The notes below the pieces were generated by a model. It did not search any database. It worked only from the letters and a program-made list of their open reading frames with translations, and had not been told where the DNA came from. A program made the position numbers and the translations under genes. A stretch of DNA of 64,000 bases from Candidatus Liptonbacteria bacterium (lineage in GTDB: Bacteria; Patescibacteriota; Minisyncoccia; UBA6257; 2-01-FULL-56-20), in contig VGJV01000002.1 in NCBI GenBank assembly GCA_016867315.1, positions 51,386-115,385 on the forward strand, in the 5' to 3' direction. Below are positions 27,563 through 38,053 of the stretch, piece by piece (the stretch's first letter is position 1; each line of letters opens with the position of its first letter).

Positions 27563-28762
27563 TTATTTATTGATCTTAGTTACGACTCCTGCACCTACGG
27601 TCTTTCCTCCTTCGCGGATGGCAAAGCGCTGTTTCTCTTCGAGTGCGACAGGGGAGATAAGTTTCACTGCGAGCTTTACCGTATCGCCGGGCATCACCAT
27701 TTCCATTCCCTCAGGAAGCGTGATTTCTCCCGTTACATCGGTCGTGCGGATATAGAATTGCGGCTTGTAGCCTTTGAAGAACGGCGAGTGCCGGCCACCT
27801 TCCTCTTTGGAAAGTACATACACTTCACAGTCAAAATCAGTATGAGGAGTCACGCTGCCGGGCTTCGCGATAACCTGTCCACGCTCCACGTCTTCTTTCT
27901 TCAAACCTCGGAGAAGGATTCCGACGTTGTCGCCGGCCATGGCATCATCCAAGAGCTTGTTAAACATTTCGATTCCGGTCACGACGGTCTTTTGCGTCGG
28001 CCGAAGTCCGATAGCTTCCACTTCGTCGTTCACTTTGATCTTTCCGCGTTCCGCGCGGCCCGTTACCACGGTTCCGCGGCCTTCGATCGAGAAGATGTCT
28101 TCGATAGGCATAAGGAACGGCTTGTCCAAGTCTCGCACCGGGTCCGGCACGAAGCTGTCCAAAGCGGCCATAAGATCCAGGATCGGCTTCGCATCTGCTT
28201 CATCGGCAGACTTCGAGTTCAATGCTTTCAAAGCTGAACCACGGATGATAGGAGTCGTGTCTCCGGGGAATTCATATTTCTTCAAAAGTTCGCGTACTTC
28301 GGATTCCACGAGGTCCACAAGCTCTGGGTCATCCACTTGATCCATTTTGTTCAAGAACACTACGATCGCCGGCACGCCTACTTGGCGGGCAAGCAAGATA
28401 TGCTCCCGAGTCTGAGGCATCGGTCCGTCTGCGGCAGACACCACAAGCACCGCTCCGTCCATTTGGGCGGCACCGGTAATCATGTTCTTGATATAGTCTG
28501 CGTGTCCCGGAGCATCGATGTGCGCATAGTGGCGCTTCTCCGACTCATACTCCGAGTGGTGAAGGGCGATGGTGATTCCACGCGCCTTCTCTTCGGGGGC
28601 GTTGTCAATTTGATCGACTTTCTCTTCCTTCTTCGCCCAACCTTTCATAAAGAGGACGTGGGTAATGGCGGCCGTAAGGGTCGTCTTCCCGTGGTCCACG
28701 TGGCCGATAGTCCCCACGTTCACGTGCGGCTTTGTTCGGCTAAACTTTTCCTTCTCTGCCAT
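27563..28762 (-). CDS. tuf: Elongation factor Tu
   Basis: [15 protein letters not shown]-like DAPGHADY and NKMD G-motifs. 399 aa. Confidence 0.95.
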   Translation of the reverse strand: MAEKEKFSRTKPHVNVGTIGHVDHGKTTLTAAITHVLFMKGWAKKEEKVDQIDNAPEEKARGITIALHHSEYESEKRHYAHIDAPGHADYIKNMITGAAQMDGAVLVVSAADGPMPQTREHILLARQVGVPAIVVFLNKMDQVDDPELVDLVESEVRELLKKYEFPGDTTPIIRGSALKALNSKSADEADAKPILDLMAALDSFVPDPVRDLDKPFLMPIEDIFSIEGRGTVVTGRAERGKIKVNDEVEAIGLRPTQKTVVTGIEMFNKLLDDAMAGDNVGILLRGLKKEDVERGQVIAKPGSVTPHTDFDCEVYVLSKEEGGRHSPFFKGYKPQFYIRTTDVTGEITLPEGMEMVMPGDTVKLAVKLISPVALEEKQRFAIREGGKTVGAGVVTKINK

Positions 28763-28868
28763 GGGTTAATTTATTTTAGTATGTACGGCTCTCGACGTTC
28801 GAAGAGCCTTATACGACTTGTTTATTCTATGAATAACCGGTCAAAAGTCAAATACACAGCTCGTGGTT

Positions 28869-30971
28869 TTATTTCTTTTTTCCCTCGATGATGAGCTGCG
28901 CCACGTTCTGCGGCGTGGGTTCATAGTGGTCGAACTCCATCGTAAATGATCCTCTCCCCTGCGTCATAGATCGAAGTTCCGTCGCATACCCGAACATTTC
29001 AGAAAGCGGCACCTTCGCATCGATCACTTTGATGTTCACACGATCACCCAGGTTTTCGATCTTGCCTCGCTTCGAATTCACGTTTCCAGTAACTTCCCCA
29101 AGGAAATCCGGCGGCACGATCACTTGAAGCTTCATGACCGGTTCCAAAATCACAGGATTGGCGCGCTTCACTGCTTCCTGGAAGGCCATCGAACCTGCAA
29201 TCTTGAACGCCGCTTCCGAAGAGTCCACTTCGTGGAAGGACCCGTCATAGAGCTCCACCTCGACATCGATCATCGGATAATGCGCGAGTACCCCGCGATC
29301 GAGCGCTTCTTTGACTCCCTTTTCTACTGCCGGAATGAATTCGCGGGGAATCACTCCTCCCTTGATCGCATCCACAAACACAAAGCCTGTCCCGCGCTCA
29401 AGCGATTTAACTTTGAGCCGCACATGTCCGTATTGTCCGCGTCCACCGGATTGCTTGATATACTTGCCTTCCGCTTCGGCAGACCCGGTGATGGTTTCTT
29501 TGTATGCCACCTGCGGACGTCCCACGGATGCTTCCACCCCGAATTCCCGCTTCATGCGGTCCACGATGATTTCCAAATGCAATTCGCCCATACCCGAAAT
29601 GATAGTCTCTCCCGTCTCGGGGTCTCCCGCCACTCGGAATGTAGGATCTTCTTCCGCCAACCGGCGAAGGGCGGTACCCATTTTTTCCTGGTCAGCTTTG
29701 GTTTTGGGTTCGATGCGGATTCCGATCACGGGCTCGGGGAAGGTGATCTTCTCAAGCACAATAAGCTTCTCCGTATCACAAAGCGTGTCTCCGGTGGTAG
29801 TGCCTTTGAGCCCCACGATTGCGGCAATTTCTCCCGCATATACTTCTTCCACTTCTTCCCGCTGGTTTGCGTGCAAGCGCACGACGCGGCCGATACGTTC
29901 CTGCACTCCTTTCGTGGAGTTAAATACATACGATCCCCGCTTCAACACTCCCGCATAGTTGCGGAAGAAGGTAAGCGATCCGACGAATGGGTCCGCCGCG
30001 ATTTTGAACGCGAGCGCCGTGAAAGGTTCGGCATCATCCGCCGTGCGGGTAAGCTCTCCTCCTTTTTCATCAGTCCCTTTGACCGGCGGTAAGTCCAGTG
30101 GCGAGGGGAGATAATCCACCACCGCATCGAGTACGAACTGCACGCCCTTGTTTTTGAGTGCTGATCCGCAAAGTACGGGTACGATTTTGTAGCCAATCAC
30201 CATCTTTCGAAGCGTCCGGCGCAGGTCTTCGAGACCGATTTCTTTCCCTTCGAGGTAGCTCGCCATTAAGGCGTCGTCTCCCTCCACAATCTTCTCGACA
30301 AGCTGGTGCCGCCATTTCTCCACTTCTTCTTTCATAGTGTCCGGAATAGGGATTTCTTTGATGTTCTCCCCGTGCTCTCCTTCAAAGGCATACGCCTTCA
30401 TGCGCATAAGATCGACGATACCTCGGTGCTCCGATTCGAGTCCGATAGGCAGCTGAATGGGGTAAGCGTTCGGCGTGAGCCGCTCCCGGATCGCCTCGAA
30501 ACTTCCCCAGAAGCTTGCACCCATCCGGTCCATTTTGTTGATAAAGCAAAGCCGCGGCACATGATATTCGTCCGCATAATGCCAGTTGGTTTCGGTCTGC
30601 GGTTCCACACCGCTCACGCCGTCGAATACGACGACTGCGCCATCGAGCACACGGAGCGACCGCTTCACCTCCACGGTAAAGTCGATGTGGCCTGGCGTAT
30701 CGATAAGGTTGATGCGATGCGAAAAATTCTTATCGTTCCCGCGATAGGTGGGCACCCAAAACGCGGTAGTAGCCGCAGCGGTAATCGTGATACCACGCTC
30801 CCGTTCCTGTTCCATCCAGTCCATCACGGTGTCCCCCGTGTGCACCTCTCCGATCTTGTGCGACACTCCCGTATAAAAAAGAATCCGCTCGGAAACGGTA
30901 GTTTTTCCGGCGTCAATATGCGCCACAATTCCTATATTACGAATCTTCTCGATAGGGTATAACCTTGCCAT
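28869..30971 (-). CDS. fusA: Elongation factor G
   Basis: [17 protein letters not shown] and NKMD motifs. 700 aa. Confidence 0.95.
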   Translation of the reverse strand: MARLYPIEKIRNIGIVAHIDAGKTTVSERILFYTGVSHKIGEVHTGDTVMDWMEQERERGITITAAATTAFWVPTYRGNDKNFSHRINLIDTPGHIDFTVEVKRSLRVLDGAVVVFDGVSGVEPQTETNWHYADEYHVPRLCFINKMDRMGASFWGSFEAIRERLTPNAYPIQLPIGLESEHRGIVDLMRMKAYAFEGEHGENIKEIPIPDTMKEEVEKWRHQLVEKIVEGDDALMASYLEGKEIGLEDLRRTLRKMVIGYKIVPVLCGSALKNKGVQFVLDAVVDYLPSPLDLPPVKGTDEKGGELTRTADDAEPFTALAFKIAADPFVGSLTFFRNYAGVLKRGSYVFNSTKGVQERIGRVVRLHANQREEVEEVYAGEIAAIVGLKGTTTGDTLCDTEKLIVLEKITFPEPVIGIRIEPKTKADQEKMGTALRRLAEEDPTFRVAGDPETGETIISGMGELHLEIIVDRMKREFGVEASVGRPQVAYKETITGSAEAEGKYIKQSGGRGQYGHVRLKVKSLERGTGFVFVDAIKGGVIPREFIPAVEKGVKEALDRGVLAHYPMIDVEVELYDGSFHEVDSSEAAFKIAGSMAFQEAVKRANPVILEPVMKLQVIVPPDFLGEVTGNVNSKRGKIENLGDRVNIKVIDAKVPLSEMFGYATELRSMTQGRGSFTMEFDHYEPTPQNVAQLIIEGKKK

Positions 30972-30976
30972 AAAAT

Positions 30977-31127
30977 TTAATTAGAAATTGACGCGGGAAA
31001 AGGGTCGGAAAAACGGGAGTTTTTCCGTGGCGGAAGTGCAATTGAAACCGAGGGGTTTCAAGGAGTGGCGCGAAGCGTCGCGACCGGAAATATGTGCAAC
31101 AATCCCAATATTTCTAATTTTCTCAAT
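30977..31127. repeat. AT-rich inverted-repeat element (aattagaaatt ... atttctaatt) with a central A-run/T-run hairpin, between rpsG and fusA
   Basis: ttaattagaaattg at 30977 and atatttctaattttctcaat at 31108. Inner cggaaaaacgggagtttttccg hairpin at 31006-31027. Confidence 0.45.
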
Positions 31128-31153
31128 CGGATACTGACGTGGCATATAGTTGA

Positions 31154-31621
31154 TTACCGTGCAAAGTGCGCGAATGCGCGGTTGGCCTCGGCCATACGAT
31201 GCATATCCTGTTTCTTCTTGATCGCAGCTCCCTCATTCTTCGAAGCCGCAATGAGCTCTTCCGCGAGCTTCTCCGCCATAGGCTTGCCCTTCTTCGATCG
31301 AGCGGATTCCACGATCCAACGCACCGCGAGCATGAAGCGGCGCTCCGGTCGCACCTCCTGCGGCACCTGATAGTTCGCTCCTCCCACGCGTCGCGAGCGC
31401 ACCTCAAGCATGGGCGAAGCTTGTTCCAACGCTTTTTCAAAAATTTTCACCGGATCCTCTCCCGTAGTTTTCTTCACCGCTTCAAAAGCCCCGTACACGA
31501 TTCGCTCCGCGGTCGTCTTTTTCCCGTCTTTCATCACGTAATTCACAAACCGGCCGATATCGACCCGACTGTGGAGAAGGTCAGGCTTATGGTACTTCTT
31601 ATATACTCGCTTTTTTCGCAT
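31154..31621 (-). CDS. rpsG: 30S ribosomal protein S7
   Basis: 155 aa. Family conservation. Confidence 0.9.
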   Translation of the reverse strand: MRKKRVYKKYHKPDLLHSRVDIGRFVNYVMKDGKKTTAERIVYGAFEAVKKTTGEDPVKIFEKALEQASPMLEVRSRRVGGANYQVPQEVRPERRFMLAVRWIVESARSKKGKPMAEKLAEELIAASKNEGAAIKKKQDMHRMAEANRAFAHFAR

Positions 31622-31631
31622 GCTCTAAATT

Positions 31632-32048
31632 CTATGCTCCTTTGGGACGCTTCGCTCCATACTTCGACCGCTGTTGCTTTCTCGCATCTACTCCCGTGGT
31701 ATCCAAAACCCCACGCACAATGTGATATCGCACTCCAGGCAAGTCTTTTACACGCCCTCCGCGGATCACGACGATCGAGTGCTCCTGCAGATTGTGCCCT
31801 TCTCCCGGAATATAGGCGGTCACTTCCATGCCGTTCGTAAGGCGTACCCGAGCCACTTTCCGAAGGGCCGAGTTCGGTTTCTTCGGAGTCGTCGTGAACA
31901 CTTTTACACACACCCCCCGCTTAAAGGGCGATGGGGAATCCACCGGCCGGTTCTGAATAGTATTGAAATAGTATGACAACGCCGGCGATTTGGTCTTCGC
32001 CTTCAAAGGATGACGTCCACGCTTTACTAATTGGTTAATGGTAGGCAT
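31632..32048 (-). CDS. rpsL: 30S ribosomal protein S12
   Basis: 138 aa. [16 protein letters not shown] motif. Confidence 0.95.
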   Translation of the reverse strand: MPTINQLVKRGRHPLKAKTKSPALSYYFNTIQNRPVDSPSPFKRGVCVKVFTTTPKKPNSALRKVARVRLTNGMEVTAYIPGEGHNLQEHSIVVIRGGRVKDLPGVRYHIVRGVLDTTGVDARKQQRSKYGAKRPKGA

Positions 32049-32082
32049 AACACACGGAATCTAGAAGCTAGTAAAGTAGAAT

Positions 32083-32112
32083 CTAGAATGAAACAAACAA
32101 TACATTATAAAA
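32083..32112 (-). terminator. Hairpin (atgcccc-gcgcaact-ggggcat) followed by a T-rich run on the minus strand
   Basis: Terminator of the 32233..32736 gene, or a leader structure upstream of rpsL. A TATAAT lies adjacent on the minus strand. Confidence 0.45.
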
Positions 32113-32232
32113 TGCCCCCGCGCAACTGGGGCATGCGTCCCTTATTCTATATAACTCCTTACTACTGTCAATAAAAGCACGCGGGCGAGCCATGAAAGAC
32201 CCGCCCACATAGTAAAAGAAAAAACCTTCAGA

Positions 32233-32736
32233 TCAGAGCAAAGCGACAATTCGCCAGCCCACACAGGGCTCCAAACGAGAGAATCCTTCTTGTTCCGCGC
32301 CTGGAAAACACTCGTGAAGCATATTGGTAAAGTGAAGCTCAGCCAAAACACGCTGTCGTGTGAGTCGCTTCATCTCCGCCCAAAATTTAGCGTAGTCTCC
32401 ATCCTCTCCGAGCAAGGCAACTTCCTCATCGCCAAGATCGAAAGCGATAACCCTTGCTGCCGGAACGTCCGGCAACCAGCGTTTGGCCGCACTCTGTTCT
32501 TGCGCTCTGCAATGTTCGCGCCAATCGAAAAGTCTTTGGCCTGTTCCTTCTCCCAAAATACCCATCACCTTTTCCCCCGTCTGTACTTCCCGCGTAGGTG
32601 AAACTCTTGGGATCTGCAAAGTACCGTCCGAAATATCGAGCACGCGTGCCAGAAAATTATGTTCGGGGATATGGGTTGGTTTAGGAGATTTGATTGCTGG
32701 GGGATTTGCTGAAACCGATTCAATAGTAGCGTTCAT
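32233..32736 (-). CDS. Hypothetical protein
   Basis: 167 aa with good coding character and no recognisable motif. Confidence 0.5.
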   Translation of the reverse strand: MNATIESVSANPPAIKSPKPTHIPEHNFLARVLDISDGTLQIPRVSPTREVQTGEKVMGILGEGTGQRLFDWREHCRAQEQSAAKRWLPDVPAARVIAFDLGDEEVALLGEDGDYAKFWAEMKRLTRQRVLAELHFTNMLHECFPGAEQEGFSRLEPCVGWRIVALL

Positions 32737-32825
32737 ACTCTTCTAGACATAACTTGGTTGGTAAGTTTCGCAAGCAAAAAGCTTGCCCGTCTGCGCGGAT
32801 AATAGCATGCACTGGTTGTAAATTT

Positions 32826-33452
32826 CTACAACCCCGTAAGCAAAGAAAAAAGAGAATGCATGAGCGGTACAATGAGATCAAACCCGAAGAATATAAAGAG
32901 AAGGAGAAGAATCAGCCCGTTGTGTTCGAGAAAAGTAATGACTGCAGCTCCTTTATCCGTACGCGGCAAAAGTGCATAGAGCACCTTCGATCCATCTAAA
33001 GGAGGCAAAGGCACTAAATTGAAAATAGTGAGCAGAATATTGATCTGCACAATCATCGCAAAGAACACCACGAGCATTGGATTCCCTTCCATCGCGACAA
33101 CAAAACGAAGCAAAATACTGAAAGCCACCGCAAGCGCGAGATTAGACGCCGGTCCCGCGAGTGCTATTTTCGCCGCCGCCGTCACCGGGTTCTTGAGATG
33201 CCACGGGTTGTAAGGTACGGGTTTCGCCCACCCCACGATGAATGTCCCGCCGGATACGAACCAAAGCATCACGGGCAAGAGAATTGACCCGATGGGATCG
33301 ATGTGCGGAATGGGATTCAAGGTAATCCGCCCGAGCATCCGCGCGGTAGGATCTCCCAGCTTCTCCGCCATCGCCCCATGCGAGACTTCATGAATCACTA
33401 CGGAGAACACGAACACCAGCAATTCAAATATAAAAAGTGAAACGTTGTCCAT
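32826..33452 (-). CDS. Site-2 protease family (M50) zinc metalloprotease
   Basis: HEVSHG (HExxH) in a TM helix, plus an LDG motif. Trimmed to the MDNVSLF start because the longer ORF overlaps tRNA-Arg. Confidence 0.75.
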   Translation of the reverse strand: MDNVSLFIFELLVFVFSVVIHEVSHGAMAEKLGDPTARMLGRITLNPIPHIDPIGSILLPVMLWFVSGGTFIVGWAKPVPYNPWHLKNPVTAAAKIALAGPASNLALAVAFSILLRFVVAMEGNPMLVVFFAMIVQINILLTIFNLVPLPPLDGSKVLYALLPRTDKGAAVITFLEHNGLILLLLFIFFGFDLIVPLMHSLFSLLTGL

Positions 33453-33457
33453 AAAAT

Positions 33458-33533
33458 GGTGCGCCCGGAGGGACTCGAACCCCCAACCCCTTGGTTCGAA
33501 GCCAAGTACTCTATCCAATTGAGCTACGGGCGC
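33458..33533 (-). tRNA. tRNA-Arg (anticodon TCG)
   Basis: GCGCCCGTAGCTCAATTGGATAGAGTACTTGGCTTCGAACCAAGGGGTTGGGGGTTCGAGTCCCTCCGGGCGCACCA. Anticodon loop CTTCGAA, and CCA is encoded. Confidence 0.85.
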
Positions 33534-33623
33534 TTCCCCCGCATAGTATCAGGTCAGAGAAAATTAGAGAAGTTGCTTTAAAAACCATTCTTACGCTATA
33601 CACCTTAACAAAGGAAAAACTGA

Positions 33624-34706
33624 TTGAAACCGACCAATAATAAACCGAAAGAAGAACAAGCATTCAACCCAAACGCCGCTGCACTCCCGGATTCCGGAAT
33701 TTTCGGCCTACCATGTGATCCCAAGAAAGATAAAGTGATTATTCTGCCCGTTCCGTTCGAGGCAACCACTTCCTACGGCGGAGGTACCGCGAATGGCCCG
33801 CAAGCGATTTTTCACGCGAGCAAACAAGTGGACCTCTTCGATCCGATCACGGGAAATCCCTACGAAGCGGGCATCTCGATGCTTCTCGAGTCCCGGGAAA
33901 TCATCGCGCTCAATAAAAAGGCTCGCGCACTTGCTCAGCCCATCATCCAAGCAGGCGGAGTGGCACCGGGAAACAAACGGCACGAACGGGATGCCGCAGA
34001 GGTAAATGAAATATGCAACAGGGTCCATCGGAAGATCTATGAGCATGTGAAAATCCAACTCGAGCGAGATAAGATTCCCATTGTGCTTGGAGGAGACCAC
34101 TCAGTTGCGCAAGGTGCAATCGAAGCTTACGCGGAAAAATTCCCCAAACTTGGAGTGCTTCAAATTGATGCACATGCCGATCTGCGAGACGGCTTCGAAG
34201 GATTCGAGTACTCCCACGCTTCAGTCATGCACAATGTCCTCTACAGGCGACTCCTCCCGGGAAGTATCGAGAGACTTGTGCAAGTGGGACTGCGGGACAT
34301 AGGACCCGAAGAACACGAGTGCATTCAAACCGAGCGAACTATGAAAATCAAAGCCTTCTTCGCACACGAAGTGAAACGAGGCGCTTGTAGTCCAAGCTTC
34401 GTTTCGAACATATTCTGGAAAATTGCACAGGCGCTTCCAGACGAAGTGTATGTGTCCTTCGACATCGACGGCCTTGATCAATCCATGTGCCCGCACACAG
34501 GCACGCCGGTTCCCGGAGGGCTCACCTGGGACGAGATGGAACAAATTCTCCAGGCTCTCGTCGAAAATGGCAAACGAATCGTGGGCTGCGACCTGGTGGA
34601 AGTTACACCTGGCCCAACCCACGGCGATGAATGGGATGCGAACGTAGGGGCCCGAGTGCTTTACAAGCTTATCGGCTATATGCTCCTGTCGCAAAAAAAT
34701 AAATAG
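33624..34706 (+). CDS. Arginase-family ureohydrolase (agmatinase or formiminoglutamase-like)
   Basis: GGDHS, DAHADL and SFDIDGLD manganese-binding motifs. Confidence 0.8.
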   Translation: MKPTNNKPKEEQAFNPNAAALPDSGIFGLPCDPKKDKVIILPVPFEATTSYGGGTANGPQAIFHASKQVDLFDPITGNPYEAGISMLLESREIIALNKKARALAQPIIQAGGVAPGNKRHERDAAEVNEICNRVHRKIYEHVKIQLERDKIPIVLGGDHSVAQGAIEAYAEKFPKLGVLQIDAHADLRDGFEGFEYSHASVMHNVLYRRLLPGSIERLVQVGLRDIGPEEHECIQTERTMKIKAFFAHEVKRGACSPSFVSNIFWKIAQALPDEVYVSFDIDGLDQSMCPHTGTPVPGGLTWDEMEQILQALVENGKRIVGCDLVEVTPGPTHGDEWDANVGARVLYKLIGYMLLSQKNK

Positions 34707-34802
34707 TTGGAAGAAAGAAATTACAGAAAAGAAAATAGAATTAAAGAAAAGAAACGTCCCGCAATTGCCAATTCTGGCGACTGCGGGACGTTTTGATTTT
34801 GC

Positions 34803-37664
34803 CTATCTCCCTCCCAAAAGATTCACGAACGGCGCAATGATTGTTCCTAAAAGTGAGGGCTGATTTCTCGAAGACTGCGGAGGTGGCGGAGGAGGTTGCG
34901 ACTCTCCACTAGGAGGGGGAGGAGGTGGAGGTGTTCCCTGACTCGGCTGAGGGTACGTGCCCTGCGGAGGCTGAGGATACATTCCTTGCGGAGGGTACTG
35001 CATTCCTCCCGGCGGCTTAGGATACTGACCATCCATTCCCGGCTGGAAACCCGCCGGAGGATTCATAGGATATTGCCCCGGCTGTCCTGGAGTCCCTGGT
35101 TGACCCGGAAATCCCCCCTGTGGAGGCATGCCTGGAGCTCCCGTCGGGAACTGCCCCTGCATCTGTCGGTTCACTTCTCCCTGAAACCGCTCTTGATACT
35201 GTTTCTGAAACTCCGCGTTGTACTGCTGATTAAATTGCTGATTGAACTGCTGCCTATGCTGCTCGTTAAATTGCTCCGGCCGTTGCCCACTCTCCACCGG
35301 AGGCCCGATCGGGCGCGGAGGAACTCTCCCCGGCTCTATGCGGCCGCCTTCCTGTCCAGGAGCACCGCCGTGTTGATTTTTTCCTTGCTCCATCTTGCCG
35401 TAACACTCTCCAATAGCTTTAGCGACTTCGGGAGAAGGCTCACTTCCTCGGCGCAGTTTTTCCAAATCCGCGGCCTCCCCCAGCATAGTCTTCACGCACT
35501 GGAGTACTGGCTCTGGTGCAGGACCCCTGCCCTGCACAGCACCTTGTCCTTGCGGATTCCCCGGAGGTCCGAACCGCTGGTCAGGTTTGCCTCCAGGAAA
35601 ATTCCCTTGTCCCCCTCGGGAACCTGGCAAACTCTCAAAACACTCCTGCATGGCTTTTCCTATAGCTCCTCCCCGGCCACCTCCCGCACGCAATGCTTCC
35701 CCACCTACTTCCCCTCCTATTTTTCCTTTCACGCAGGAAAGCACTTCAGGAGGTATCCCATGCTGAGGCCCCCCTTTAGTTCCCTGCTCTCCCGCGAAAC
35801 TTCCTTGCCCAGGTCTCTGCATTTTCCCGAAACACTCCCGAATGGCCTGTCCCAGAGACCCCCGGTCCGATTCCGCACCGCGCAGCTTTTCCTCAGTAAC
35901 CTCACTACCTGTTTTTTCTTTTACGCACGAGAGCACCTCATGAGGAATTCCTCCCCGCCCGAATGCCTGCCCTTCTCCAGACGGAAATCCTTGCGACCCG
36001 GGGCCACTTGGAAACCCTCCTTGCTCGCCTCGCTCATACCTAGCAGGCGAAGCGGGCCCGCCCTCTCCTCCTGCGGGAGGACCGAAGTGTTCTTGAGGCC
36101 GGAACTGCTCGAAACAACCCCTCATAACCGAAGGGTCTAATCCTTCGACAAGTTCCCCATTTTGAAGCTTTTCGAAATTCGCACCAAGCTTCTCCTTGAA
36201 ACAACTCGCCACTTGAGGTGGAGCCGTACGAAGGAACCGCTGAAAGTCGTGTGGTTGAGGCCTTCCGAATCCTCGACCAGCACCCCCTTGTCCCGGCTGT
36301 CCAGGGCCGCCTGGCTGCCCTCGGAATTCTCCTCCCGGACCACCCGGTCCCCCGGGCTCTCCGAAAAATCCTCCTTTTTCAAATTGCACACTTTGGAAAC
36401 ACACTCGGAAGGTATCCGCGATCTCGGGCGTAGGCGCTTCTTCTCCTTTCTTTATCTTCTCAAATTTATCCCCGAGTTTTTCCTGAATACAAGCGATCAC
36501 CCCCTTCGGGGCATCCTTGAACATATCCTGCGGACCTTTGCGATGTCCGAACTTCTCAAAACACCCCCCCACGCGCTCTCCAATTTCCGGCCCAGGAGTA
36601 AGTTTCCCAGATTCAATATCTTCAATCACATTTGGGCCCACCACCGATTTCAAACAGGCTGCCACTTCTGGAGGAGCATGCTCAAGGCCCGCACGCACCC
36701 GCACAAAGCCCTCTTTGGCCCGCCGCACTTCTTCTTTGCTGATAAATCCATGTTCTTCCGCAAATTTAAAACAGGCTTCTCGATTTGCCGGATCATTACA
36801 GTACGCCTCACACGCCCGGGGAGAGCTACAACCTCCCGGCCCCTTGCCTCCAGTTTTGCGAATCCGTTCTGCTTCGTCTCGGGACATAAACCCAGCTTTT
36901 TCTGCAAACGCCACGCATTCTTCTCCATGCGCCGGCCCATTGCAATATGCCTCACACGCTTCCTTGGATTTACAGCCGCCAGGAGTTTCCCCTTTTTTCG
37001 CAAGCTCCATCACCTTCTGGAACTGCTCAGGAGAAAGATCGTCATCTCCGTGCTGCGGCCCAGGCCCTCCCGGCCGCGCCTGTCCTTTGGCCTGAATAAT
37101 CCCCGCCTTCTTTGCAAACTCAAAACACTCTTCCGCATGGGAAAAATCACTGCAATATGTTTTACATTCCTGCTCGGATTTACATCCTCCAGGCGTAGTA
37201 CCTCCCGCCTTGATATGCTTTAATACCCTCTCCCCCTGTTCCAAATCCCTGCTTTTAATCCCCTGTTTCTTCGCAAAACTCACACATTCTTCTAAATGAG
37301 TGATATCGCTGCAGTACGCTTCACATTCCCCGGGGCTTTTACACCCACCCGGTCCCCCCTTCGCCACCGCCTGGGAGAATTTTTTTGCCCGTTGAGCCTC
37401 TTCTTTATTCATCAATCCGCTCTTCTCCGCAAACGCCACGCACGCTTCTACATTCGCGGGATTTTCACAGTATTGTTTGCAGGCCTGTTTATCCCCGCAG
37501 TTCCCCAATTCCGGGATGGGAAAAATAATACCGCTCGCTTGAATCTGCGCGTCCGTGGGGCCTTCCGGCACATTCGATTCTTGGGCATACACTGCCCCGA
37601 AAAATCCCGCCCATACAAACGCGAACCCCACCAGACCAAGCCCAATGCGCAATTTGATATTCAT
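34803..37664 (-). CDS. Large secreted modular protein with cysteine-motif repeats and Gly/Pro/Gln low-complexity regions; putative surface/adhesin protein
   Basis: Signal peptide (MNIKLRIGLGLVGFAFVWAGFFGAVYA). Five modules of CX5CX3CX8C (e.g. CKSPGECEAYCSDITHLEECVSFAKK), six modules of about 45 aa with two Cys (PPEVLSCVKEKxG...CFExx), GGPGGPGG/QPG linkers, a Q/N/F-rich then P-rich tail, and a hydrophobic C-terminus. Confidence 0.75.
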   Translation of the reverse strand: MNIKLRIGLGLVGFAFVWAGFFGAVYAQESNVPEGPTDAQIQASGIIFPIPELGNCGDKQACKQYCENPANVEACVAFAEKSGLMNKEEAQRAKKFSQAVAKGGPGGCKSPGECEAYCSDITHLEECVSFAKKQGIKSRDLEQGERVLKHIKAGGTTPGGCKSEQECKTYCSDFSHAEECFEFAKKAGIIQAKGQARPGGPGPQHGDDDLSPEQFQKVMELAKKGETPGGCKSKEACEAYCNGPAHGEECVAFAEKAGFMSRDEAERIRKTGGKGPGGCSSPRACEAYCNDPANREACFKFAEEHGFISKEEVRRAKEGFVRVRAGLEHAPPEVAACLKSVVGPNVIEDIESGKLTPGPEIGERVGGCFEKFGHRKGPQDMFKDAPKGVIACIQEKLGDKFEKIKKGEEAPTPEIADTFRVCFQSVQFEKGGFFGEPGGPGGPGGEFRGQPGGPGQPGQGGAGRGFGRPQPHDFQRFLRTAPPQVASCFKEKLGANFEKLQNGELVEGLDPSVMRGCFEQFRPQEHFGPPAGGEGGPASPARYERGEQGGFPSGPGSQGFPSGEGQAFGRGGIPHEVLSCVKEKTGSEVTEEKLRGAESDRGSLGQAIRECFGKMQRPGQGSFAGEQGTKGGPQHGIPPEVLSCVKGKIGGEVGGEALRAGGGRGGAIGKAMQECFESLPGSRGGQGNFPGGKPDQRFGPPGNPQGQGAVQGRGPAPEPVLQCVKTMLGEAADLEKLRRGSEPSPEVAKAIGECYGKMEQGKNQHGGAPGQEGGRIEPGRVPPRPIGPPVESGQRPEQFNEQHRQQFNQQFNQQYNAEFQKQYQERFQGEVNRQMQGQFPTGAPGMPPQGGFPGQPGTPGQPGQYPMNPPAGFQPGMDGQYPKPPGGMQYPPQGMYPQPPQGTYPQPSQGTPPPPPPPSGESQPPPPPPQSSRNQPSLLGTIIAPFVNLLGGR

Positions 37665-37685
37665 TGGATAAATTAAGAGAATCCC

Positions 37686-37958
37686 TTACTCAAAGGGATT
37701 CTTGTATGCATCCTTTATAGGATTCGGCGCCGGCGCTAATTCCGGCACTTTGTCTTGAAGCGGATTCTGCGCCTTCTCCAAAATTGAAGCTCCTAAACTA
37801 GAAGTAGATACCGCTTCAGTCTGAGCAGCAGAAGGAGCTGCAGGAGCCTGCCCCGTTGAAGGAGAAGGAGAAACATCTGCAGAGAGCACATACCACACTG
37901 CGACCGCTGCCGCGATAATGAGTATGGCCCCCACCACAATTATTTCTTTCTTATTCAC
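37686..37958 (-). CDS. Small membrane-anchored Ala/Pro/Ser-rich protein (GTG start inferred)
   Basis: TM helix (IIVVGAILIIAAAVAVWYVL) then a low-complexity tail. The track ORF extends upstream over repeat copy 4, so it was trimmed to the GTG at 37958. Its stop is 21 nt before the large-protein start. Confidence 0.35.
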   Translation of the reverse strand: MNKKEIIVVGAILIIAAAVAVWYVLSADVSPSPSTGQAPAAPSAAQTEAVSTSSLGASILEKAQNPLQDKVPELAPAPNPIKDAYKNPFE

Positions 37959-38053
37959 GTATTTTACATTGTAACAAACTCTCTCACCTGCAATTGTGGA
38001 TATCTCCGTTATCAATAAAAATATGAAGGGCGCGTAGTCTCGTTCGCGCTTCG

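Noticed and set aside
29124-30092. 322-aa plus-strand ORF
   Set aside because: Antisense to fusA.
33453-33518. N-terminal extension of the M50 protease ORF
   Set aside because: Overlaps tRNA-Arg (33458..33533) on the same strand. The true start was taken as MDNVSLF (33452).
34896-37223. Two long plus-strand ORFs (414 and 353 aa)
   Set aside because: Antisense to the giant repeat protein. The repetitive GC-rich codons (GGx/CCx) keep the opposite frame open. Arg/Leu/Ser-rich products lack protein-like character.
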